NCBI GenBank assembly: GCA_963721525.1
Contig: CAVRJL010000016.1
Coordinates: 1 to 64,000, forward strand
DNA from: an uncultured Negativicutes bacterium
Lineage (GTDB): Bacteria; Bacillota; Negativicutes; JBAXTZ01
Reading direction: 5' to 3'
Length of the DNA: 64,000 bases
Shown here: positions 56,411 to 64,000 of the stretch, one piece after another
How the letters are laid out: each line of letters begins with the position of its first letter
Numbering within the stretch: the stretch's first letter is position 1
Notes under the pieces: model-generated
Database searches by the model: none
Seen by the model: only the letters and a program-made list of their open reading frames with translations
What the model was told of the DNA's origin: nothing
Translations under genes and position numbers: made by a program

Positions 56411-57415
56411 ATGGAAAATAGAATAATAGCTTTAAATGAAGGGGAAGGAGATACTTGGCAATATTCTTTACGTCCAAAGCGTTTAAAAGAATATATAGGC
56501 CAACCCCAATTGAAAAGAAATCTTGAAATCTTTATTAAAGCTGCTTTAAATAGAAAAGAAACACTTGATCACGTATTATTATATGGACAACCTGGACTTG
56601 GTAAAACTACATTAGCTGGAATTATAGCAAATGAATTAAATGTTAATATAAGAATAACTTCTGGTCCAGCAATTGAAAGGCCAGGAGATTTAGCTGCAAT
56701 AATTACTAATCTCGGGGAATATGATGTATTATTTGTTGATGAAATTCATCGTTTAAGTAGAAGTGTAGAAGAGATTTTATATTCTGCTATGGAGGATTTT
56801 GTTCTAGATATTGTTATTGGTAAAGGGCCGAGCGCACGGACAATGCGCATTGATTTACCACCGTTTACTCTTGTGGGTGCAACAACAAAGGCAGGCGCAT
56901 TATCAGCCCCTCTACGTGATCGTTTTGGCATAGTAGCTCGCCTTGAATATTATTCTTACCAAGACTTAATACATATAATTAATAGATCAGCTGACGTTTT
57001 ACAAATAGATTTGGACACTCAAGGGACGAAAGTGTTAGCTAAACGTTCACGAGGAACTCCTCGCATCGCTAATAGGCTTCTCAAGCGTGTAAGAGATTTT
57101 GCTCAAGTAGAAGGGGAAGGAATAATAACAAAGAACATAGCAAATAAAGCTCTAACATTATTAGAAGTAGATGAGTTAGGACTTGATCAAAATGATCGAA
57201 GATTATTAGAAACAGTTATGAAAAAATTTGAAGGTGGACCTGTTGGGTTGGATACTTTAGCTGCTTGTATAGGAGAGGAAGTAGAAACAATTGCGGATGT
57301 TGTTGAACCTTTTTTATTACAATTAGGCTTTATCCAAAGAACGCCGCGCGGTAGGATTACGACTCGCGCAGCATACGAACATTTGAAAATAAATTATATT
57401 AATAATAAATATTAG
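56411..57415 (+). CDS. ruvB: Holliday junction helicase
   Basis: [29 protein letters not shown]. Confidence 0.99.
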   Translation: MENRIIALNEGEGDTWQYSLRPKRLKEYIGQPQLKRNLEIFIKAALNRKETLDHVLLYGQPGLGKTTLAGIIANELNVNIRITSGPAIERPGDLAAIITNLGEYDVLFVDEIHRLSRSVEEILYSAMEDFVLDIVIGKGPSARTMRIDLPPFTLVGATTKAGALSAPLRDRFGIVARLEYYSYQDLIHIINRSADVLQIDLDTQGTKVLAKRSRGTPRIANRLLKRVRDFAQVEGEGIITKNIANKALTLLEVDELGLDQNDRRLLETVMKKFEGGPVGLDTLAACIGEEVETIADVVEPFLLQLGFIQRTPRGRITTRAAYEHLKINYINNKY

Positions 57416-57680
57416 CAAAAAAATCTATTACCACCGGATATTATAAAAATTTATTTTTCAATTTAGTTTATATAATTAATTATATAGGGATAATTATTTT
57501 GTATTTTTCTGTACTTTCTGTTACTGCTGTTTGCTCAAAAAACGTCCTTTTGTAATTATGTTTTGATCTTTTCACTTTTTTTGTAGCATAATAACCTCTA
57601 AATATTTAGTATTTTTAGAGCAAAGAAAAAGTTGTTAAAGAATCGGTAAACTTACTTTCTATTTAGAGGAAATTTAACTT

Positions 57681-58991
57681 ATGAGAATAATTAGGGTTCA
57701 ATCTAATTTGAAAATTTTATTAGGTTTATCGTCAATAGAGTTTTGGGAGCGGTTCAGTTTTTATACTCTTTCTTATTTATTACCATTTTATATGGTTGAT
57801 AAAATTATAAATGGTGGAATGGGTTTTTCGGAAACAAGAGCACTGTTCTGGGTAGGGATTTATGGGTTTTGTGCATGGTCTTCTCCTGTACTTGGCGGAA
57901 TTATTATTGATCGATATCTAGGACTTTTTAACTCTATTTTATTTGGTGGAATGTTAATTATTTGTGGACATTTAACTTTATTTTTTATAAATGTTAATAA
58001 CTTTCTAATGTTGTTTTTAGGCTTATTGTTAATATGTATCGGTACAGGCTTATTTAAGCCATCCATTACAGGATTAGTTGGACAAGTATATGACAATAGT
58101 CCTTTTTATCGAGAAAGAGCATATTCATTTTATTATTCGATTATTAATTTAGGCATATTATTAAGTGGTATGATAAATGGGTTAGTAGTAGCGAAACTTG
58201 GTTATAAATGGGGGTTTTCAATAGCAGGAATAGGTATGATTGTAGCGATGTTTTGGATTATAGTTCAATTTTCAGCATTTAGAGAAAAAATTTACTTTAT
58301 CGATAAAGTAAATAAGCGTGAAACTATCTTAAAATCTCATAAAAATAAATCTTTCATTAGTAAAATAGTTTTACTTTTCAGTTATTTATGTTCTTGGCTA
58401 TGGGCTTGCGGTTATTTTTTAGGTATAGGTGGGTTTATCATGTTTCTTATAAAACAATACACTAATCGGAGTATAGGTTTTTTTAAGATTCCAATTTTTT
58501 GGTTTCCATCGCTTAGTCCTTTGTTGTTAATATTATTTACTTTTATGCTTAACTTTATATGGAAAAGGCTAGACAATATTTATATGGAACCTTCGACCTT
58601 TCGTAAACTTGCTTTTGGGCAATTAATATGCGGTATAAATTTAGGTATATTAGTTATTTTATTGTTAAGTATAAAAAATATTTCTCCAAACGCGCATATA
58701 TTGAAACTCGATTTCTTTATTATTTTTTATATTATTGGAGTTATCGGAGAAATTTTAACATGTCCAATAAGTTATTCATTAATAAGTTCTGTAAGCAAAA
58801 CAAAAAACATTGGTTTAAATCAAGCAGTTTGTTTTGCATGCTATGGTTTAGGCTCTATTACGGCGGGAAGTATAGCATCATTATTTTATTTAAATTATTC
58901 TATAAACTGGATAGTATTTTTTATGATCTGTTCATTTATTACAGCTTTTTCAATGATTTATATTGAAAAAAAATTAAATTTACAGAATTAA
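57681..58991 (+). CDS. POT/PTR-family proton-dependent oligopeptide transporter
   Basis: EFWERFSFY, GG.I.DRYLG, GTGLFKP, FY.IINLG, GE....P. Confidence 0.92.
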   Translation: MRIIRVQSNLKILLGLSSIEFWERFSFYTLSYLLPFYMVDKIINGGMGFSETRALFWVGIYGFCAWSSPVLGGIIIDRYLGLFNSILFGGMLIICGHLTLFFINVNNFLMLFLGLLLICIGTGLFKPSITGLVGQVYDNSPFYRERAYSFYYSIINLGILLSGMINGLVVAKLGYKWGFSIAGIGMIVAMFWIIVQFSAFREKIYFIDKVNKRETILKSHKNKSFISKIVLLFSYLCSWLWACGYFLGIGGFIMFLIKQYTNRSIGFFKIPIFWFPSLSPLLLILFTFMLNFIWKRLDNIYMEPSTFRKLAFGQLICGINLGILVILLLSIKNISPNAHILKLDFFIIFYIIGVIGEILTCPISYSLISSVSKTKNIGLNQAVCFACYGLGSITAGSIASLFYLNYSINWIVFFMICSFITAFSMIYIEKKLNLQN

Positions 58992-59421
58992 ATTAAGAAC
59001 ATTAAAGTGCAATATATATATATTTTTTTGCTTTTAACATTTATTTGAATAAAGAATTAATTCGTCGTTTAAATAAAGGAAAACAACTTATACAAGATGA
59101 AAAATTATTCCTTTATTTATACTGACAAAATTTGTTTGGCAAAAAACTTTTATTTTAAATATAAATTAAAATAAGTTACTGATTCTTCAATAAAAAATGT
59201 ATGTTAGAAATTTATGACAACTTTATTGTAATTGTATTTTTAGTAAAAAAGGCAGTAGACTTTTTTAAAATTTATGATACAACATATATGGGTTATGTCA
59301 AGAGTATCAATGAAAGAAGATTTTTAAGTAAGTATTGACGTGGAGAGTTTTGTGAGGATTCAAGGTAAAAAGTGGGAAGAAAGGAAGGTGATTCCAATGA
59401 TAAATTTTATTTATAATGCTT

Positions 59422-60039
59422 CTAATCTAACAAATCCTTTATTACTTCTCCTGCAATTATTAATCCTGCTATTGCCGGAAGAAATGAAATGCTTCCAGGA
59501 GAAGTTTTTCCTGAAGATGATTTTATAAAGCATTTTTTTGGTGTTTCCGTTGAGTATACTACTTTTAAATTTTTAATATTTTTTTTACGTAGTTCCTTTC
59601 TTATTATTCTAGAGAAAGGACAATTTTGGGTTTCAAAAATATTTCCTATTTTAAATTTTGTAGGATCAAGTCTATTACCTACTCCCATAGAATTTATAAT
59701 AGGTATTTTTAAATCTATGGCATTATGTATTAAACACACTTTTGCTTTTATTGTATCTATAGCATCTATTATATAATTACAATGGTGTAATAGCATGCTT
59801 TTTATATTAATAAACCATGATAGAGTATGTTCTACAAATATAAATCGGCAGATACATGCTACTTACGAAACAATTAATATAAAGTTTCCTATGTCTGCCC
59901 GCGCTAACGATTCTACTGCGTATGAACCCACTCCCCCAATTCCGAATACACCAATAGTACTGGCTTGTAATTTTTGTAGCCCATTATTACCAATAAGAAG
60001 TTCAGTTCTAGAAAATTGATTTATAAAATTTTTATTCAT
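59422..60039 (-). pseudogene. tcdA: tRNA threonylcarbamoyladenosine dehydratase (ThiF family), interrupted by an internal 61-bp inversion
   Basis: ATG 60039 MNKNFINQFSRTELLIG..GIGGVGS..ESLAR; DRVCSTNINRQIHA lies on the opposite strand (59812-59872); C-terminal YIIDAID, SMG.GNRLDP, VVYSTE, PGS. Confidence 0.9.
59801..59883. repeat. 11-bp inverted repeats flanking the inverted tcdA segment
   Basis: tttatattaat (59801-59811) / attaatataaa (59873-59883). Confidence 0.9.
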
Positions 60040-60961
60040 TGTTTTGTTCTATATATTGTTCCACCATTTTTGCAGCTATAGCTCCATCTGATGTTGCTGT
60101 AACTATTTGTTTTAATAGTTTTTTTCGACAATCACCTGCGGTAAATATCCCATTTATATTTGTTTTTGTTGTTTCGTTAGCAATTATATATCCTTCTTCA
60201 TCAATATTTAACAAATTAGAAAAAATTTCGGTGTTTGGTATCATACCAAGATAAATAAATATTCCTTCGGTATTATGAATACTTTTTTCGCCGGTAACAG
60301 TATTTTTTATTGTTATACTTTCTACAATTTCTGTACCATTGATTGATTCAATGACACTATTAAAACAAAAATTTATTTTCGGATTATTGAAAGCTCTATC
60401 TTGTAAAAACTTTGTAGCTCGTAACTTATTGCGACGGTGTACTATTGTTACTATTTGAGCAAATTTTGTAAGATTAAGAGCTTCTTGAATTGCTGAGTTC
60501 CCACCGCCTACAAAAACAATATTTTTTGCATTATTATAAAATGCGCTATCACAAATTGCACAATAAGATACTCCCATACCTCGAAATTCTTTTTCTCCAG
60601 GACAATTTAAGGTTCGAGCTCTAGCACCTGTAGCTATTATTATAGTTTTGGAATTAAAACTTTTGTTAGTTATAGTCTGAACACTTTTAATTTTATTATC
60701 TAAAATTAATTTTGTAGCTTTTACAGTAATTTTTTGAATATTATCAAAATGCTTAATTTGATTTTCCATATAATTACTTAGACTATATCCTGAAATATTA
60801 CCGGGGGTACCCGGATAGTTTTCAATGTTATTTGTAACAAGCATTTGTCCACCTATAGAACCTTGCTCAATTAATAATATATTTAATTTCGCTCTACCGC
60901 AATACAGGGCTGCAGTTATTCCTGCTGGTCCACCACCTATAATTATTGTATCATATATCAT
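60032..60961 (-). CDS. trxB: Thioredoxin reductase
   Basis: GGGPAG, IENYPG, GVSYCAICD, GGGNSA, AGD. Confidence 0.98.
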   Translation of the reverse strand: MIYDTIIIGGGPAGITAALYCGRAKLNILLIEQGSIGGQMLVTNNIENYPGTPGNISGYSLSNYMENQIKHFDNIQKITVKATKLILDNKIKSVQTITNKSFNSKTIIIATGARARTLNCPGEKEFRGMGVSYCAICDSAFYNNAKNIVFVGGGNSAIQEALNLTKFAQIVTIVHRRNKLRATKFLQDRAFNNPKINFCFNSVIESINGTEIVESITIKNTVTGEKSIHNTEGIFIYLGMIPNTEIFSNLLNIDEEGYIIANETTKTNINGIFTAGDCRKKLLKQIVTATSDGAIAAKMVEQYIEQNNE

Positions 60962-61266
60962 AGAAATCTCCTTAATAATGGTTAATAGAAATATTTATAT
61001 AATTGCATAATATAAGGTAATTATAAAACAATATATAATATTACGCAATTTAAAATAAACGTAGTGAAATAACAAAAGCATGTATGTTAAAGGATAGAAC
61101 TTAAGAATGTACTTGTTATCCTAAATTTAGCAAAAAAATAAATTATATACATATATAAATAAAAAATTGTAATACGGGTATAATAGTAAAAAATTCTTTT
61201 AAAATTACAACAATTTTAAAAGAGGAATCAACATCCTTAGATTAATTTTATTACTATAAAAAGCTC

Positions 61267-61294
61267 TTGCTTATTTATACTTAATTTGATATAA
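61267..61294 (+). promoter_or_regulatory. Sigma-A promoter for rplS
   Basis: TTGCTT...TGaTATAAT (extended -10). Confidence 0.55.
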
Positions 61295-61308
61295 TACACA
61301 GTTGTTTA

Positions 61309-61356
61309 TAAAGATGGTCCTATATATAAATTAAATACTTTGGTAAGAACATCTAT
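61309..61356 (+). ncRNA. Possible L19 (rplS) ribosomal leader
   Basis: agatggtcc...aagaacatct pairing in the rplS 5' UTR, resembling the Firmicutes L19 leader. Confidence 0.4.
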
Positions 61357-61373
61357 GTTTCAGGAGGAGAAAA

Positions 61374-61721
61374 ATGAATTTAATTGAATTAATTAATCAG
61401 GATCAACTACGTTCGAATATTCCTGAATTTCGACCAGGGGATACTCTAAAGGTGATGGTCAAAATTGTTGAGGGAAGTCACGAGCGTTTACAAGCTTTTG
61501 AAGGTGTTTGTATTAAACGTAATGGTGGAACAAGGATACAAGCAACATTTACTGTTCGAAGAATGACTTATGGAGTTGGAATTGAGAGAACTTTTCCTCT
61601 TCATTCTCCTCGTATTGATAATATAAATATTATTCGTAGAGGTGTTGTTCGTCGAGCACGATTGTATTATTTACGTAATCTTACAGGAAAAGCAGCACGT
61701 ATTCGTGAAAAAAGATCATAA
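61374..61721 (+). CDS. rplS: 50S ribosomal protein L19
   Basis: [31 protein letters not shown]. Confidence 0.99.
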   Translation: MNLIELINQDQLRSNIPEFRPGDTLKVMVKIVEGSHERLQAFEGVCIKRNGGTRIQATFTVRRMTYGVGIERTFPLHSPRIDNINIIRRGVVRRARLYYLRNLTGKAARIREKRS

Positions 61722-61770
61722 CTATCCAAAAAGAGCCATATGGCTCTTTTTGGATAGTTATGATCTTTTT
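61709..61770. repeat. 62-bp perfect palindrome overlapping the rplS 3' end (terminator)
   Basis: aaaaagatcataactatccaaaaagagccat|atggctctttttggatagttatgatcttttt. Confidence 0.95.
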
Positions 61771-61870
61771 ATTGTTACGGTTAAAATTTAAAAAGAAAAT
61801 AAATAATACTATATCAAGATAGAAATTAATTTTTATAGCTGTTGGGCAAAAAATCGACAAGTATAATTTA

Positions 61871-61898
61871 ATTGATCTTAAAATATTGATCTTAAAAT
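61871..61898. repeat. 14-bp tandem duplication upstream of uppS
   Basis: attgatcttaaaat x2. Confidence 0.85.
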
Positions 61899-61907
61899 AA
61901 GGAATTT

Positions 61908-62669
61908 ATGTTTCAATTTTTTCAAAAAAGAAAAAATCCTGTCAATTTAAATATTAATAATTTAGATAAAAACAATCTTCCTAAACATATAGCAATAATT
62001 ATGGACGGTAATGGGCGCTGGGCAAAAAAAAAAGGCCTAATTCGTTCTCAGGGACATAAGAAAGGTTCAGAGGTTTTACGTACTATTATAAAAACTTCTG
62101 CTGATTTAAAGATAAGAATGTTAACTGTATATGCTTTTTCTACCGAAAATTGGAAAAGACCCAAAAACGAAATAAATTTTTTGATGAATTTACTTTCCTA
62201 TTATCTTGAAAATGAATTAAATGAATTAATAAAAAATAATATACAAATGAGGTTTATTGGTAATTTAGAAGTTTTAAAAGAAACAATCAAAAAGAAGTTA
62301 GAGACAAACACTAAGTTGTTATCAAAAAACACTGGACTGATTGTAAATGTTGCATTAAATTACGGTGGCCGTTCGGAAATTATAAAAATAACAAAAGAAT
62401 TAGTGAAAAAAGTTGTTTATGGTAAATTAAATCTTGACGATATCGATGAGCAAATATTTAATGAAAATTTATTTACTTTTCCATTATCTGATGTTGATTT
62501 ATTAATAAGAACTGGCTCTAATTATAGAATAAGCAATTTTCTTTTATGGCAAATAGCTTATACAGAATTATATTTTTCAGATTGTTTTTGGCCAGATTTT
62601 TCAGTTGAAAAATTTATTGAAGCAATAATAAATTATCAAACACGAGATCGTAGGTTTGGTGGATTATAA
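61908..62669 (+). CDS. uppS: Undecaprenyl diphosphate synthase
   Basis: HIAIIMDGNGRWA, FSTENWKRP, NYGGR, RISNFLLWQ. Confidence 0.99.
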   Translation: MFQFFQKRKNPVNLNINNLDKNNLPKHIAIIMDGNGRWAKKKGLIRSQGHKKGSEVLRTIIKTSADLKIRMLTVYAFSTENWKRPKNEINFLMNLLSYYLENELNELIKNNIQMRFIGNLEVLKETIKKKLETNTKLLSKNTGLIVNVALNYGGRSEIIKITKELVKKVVYGKLNLDDIDEQIFNENLFTFPLSDVDLLIRTGSNYRISNFLLWQIAYTELYFSDCFWPDFSVEKFIEAIINYQTRDRRFGGL

Positions 62670-62682
62670 TTTTGGAGGGAAA

Positions 62683-63513
62683 ATGCTTATTATAAGAACT
62701 ATAAGCTCAATTGTGGGAATATTTTTGTTGGCTGTTTTAATAATCTGTGGTGGATACTTATATAGTTTAGCTATAGTTTTTTTAGCGTTAATTTCTTGGC
62801 TGGAATTAAGTTCATTGTTTCGAAAAGTTGGAGTAAATATAGAAATGACTGTTGGTTTTTTACTTATAGTTTTAAACATGACTTTCGTGCGATACGCTAA
62901 TTCTACTGAGTGTGATTTTTTTATTTTTATAGGATTTGTTTGGTTGCTCACCAAGGTAATTATTACTAAAGGAAAATTTAATATCGGAGATTGTTTAGGA
63001 AACATTTTTTGTTTTTTTTATATTTCTTTTTTATTTTCTCATTTTATTGAATTACGTTTTATAGACGAAGATACTATTTACAAATATAAATACTTTTCTT
63101 TATCGTTTGGATCATTGTATTTATCGCTTGCACTGATTGGAACGTGGATAAATGATTCTTTTGCTTATTTGGTCGGGTCAAGCATTGGGAAATATAAAAT
63201 TAATAGTAAAATAAGTCCTAAAAAAACTTGGGAGGGATTTATTTGTGGAACAATAGGTACGATATTATTTTTAATAATATCCGTTTATTTATTAGGGTTT
63301 CCTATATGGCAAGGGATAAGTATTGGATTGATCGTTACTATTTTTGCTTTTTTAGGAGATATGGCAGAATCAGCACTTAAAAGATTTTGTGGTGTAAAAG
63401 ATTCCGGGAAATTTGTGCCTGGGCATGGGGGTATACTTGATCGTTTTGATAGTATGCTTTTTGTTGTTCCGGCTATTTATTATTTTGTTGTAATTGTTAT
63501 TTTAAACTGTTAA
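62683..63513 (+). CDS. cdsA: Phosphatidate cytidylyltransferase
   Basis: ISPKKTWEG, GD..ES..KR..GVKDSG..PGHGGILDRFDS. Confidence 0.98.
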   Translation: MLIIRTISSIVGIFLLAVLIICGGYLYSLAIVFLALISWLELSSLFRKVGVNIEMTVGFLLIVLNMTFVRYANSTECDFFIFIGFVWLLTKVIITKGKFNIGDCLGNIFCFFYISFLFSHFIELRFIDEDTIYKYKYFSLSFGSLYLSLALIGTWINDSFAYLVGSSIGKYKINSKISPKKTWEGFICGTIGTILFLIISVYLLGFPIWQGISIGLIVTIFAFLGDMAESALKRFCGVKDSGKFVPGHGGILDRFDSMLFVVPAIYYFVVIVILNC

Positions 63514-63533
63514 TTAAAATTAAATTATAAAAA

Positions 63534-64000
63534 ATGAAAAAATTAACTATATTTGGCAGTACAGGTTCTATTGGACAACAAACGCTTGATGTTATCAGAA
63601 GTCATAAAAATTTATTTTCTGTTGTTGCTATTTCAGGGCAAAAAAATATCGACCTACTTGAGAAACAGATTAATGAATTTAAACCTAAAATTGCAGTTGT
63701 TTGCGATAATGAAAAAGGAAATATTTTACGTTCTCGTTATAGTGGGGATACTAAAATTTTTATTGGAAAACAACATTTAACAGATGATGCTGTTATAGGT
63801 AAAGCAGATATTGTCTTAAATGCATTAACAGGTTTTGCTGGTTTTAAACCCACATTAGCAGCAATAGAAGCAAAGAAAAGAATTGCGTTAGCCAATAAAG
63901 AAACACTTGTTGTTGCAGGGGATATTGTAATGAAGTTGGCGCATGAAAAAAAAGTAGAAATTATTCCAATAGACAGCGAGCATAGCGCCATTTTTCAATG
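63534..64000 (+). CDS. dxr: 1-deoxy-D-xylulose 5-phosphate reductoisomerase, runs off window
   Basis: Manual translation MKKLTIFGSTGSIG...ALANKETLV...IPIDSEHSAIFQ. Confidence 0.97.
   Translation, partial: MKKLTIFGSTGSIGQQTLDVIRSHKNLFSVVAISGQKNIDLLEKQINEFKPKIAVVCDNEKGNILRSRYSGDTKIFIGKQHLTDDAVIGKADIVLNALTGFAGFKPTLAAIEAKKRIALANKETLVVAGDIVMKLAHEKKVEIIPIDSEHSAIFQ

Noticed and set aside
59795-60019. 74-aa plus-strand ORF as an independent gene
   Set aside because: It is the inverted tcdA segment read through into antisense tcdA sequence
5247-61898. CRISPR array
   Set aside because: All direct repeats are two-copy adjacent duplications without spacers; no cas genes seen
6515-63991. Numerous short ORFs antisense to or nested in housekeeping genes
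   Set aside because: Shadow ORFs without motifs or RBS, overlapping well-supported genes

Overview
The window joins two unrelated DNAs. Bases 1 to ~4948 are GC-rich and hold a minus-strand oligopeptide/dipeptide ABC transporter operon with many frameshifts, which look like uncorrected read errors; it may be Chloroflexi/Anaerolineae-like. At ~4948 the sequence switches abruptly, in the middle of a gene, to a very AT-rich Firmicutes chromosome with diderm Negativicutes hallmarks (SLH-porin OmpM, Skp/OmpH, GT9 heptosyltransferase, an lpxA relic). This looks like a genome undergoing reduction, probably a host-restricted symbiont. It has intact housekeeping genes (recA, rny, tig-clpP-clpX, gyrA, mnmG/mnmE, selD cluster, ppdK, hppA, tsaEBD, guaA, ruvCAB, trxB, rplS, uppS-cdsA-dxr, two tRNA-Ser) and several nutrient permeases. 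Spacers contain gene corpses: lpxA, rsmG, yebC, a phage terminase, an inverse-autotransporter barrel and a mini-IS. The most striking signals are (i) a 61-bp intragenic inversion in tcdA, bounded by 11-bp inverted repeats, that restores an open 205-aa frame when flipped; (ii) long perfect palindromes extending into gene 3' ends plus many short tandem duplications, suggesting template-switch mutagenesis; (iii) decay of lpxA while other outer-membrane genes persist; (iv) a ~200-bp IR-bounded element between a consensus promoter and a strong hairpin. All homology calls come from motif recognition by eye, not database searches.
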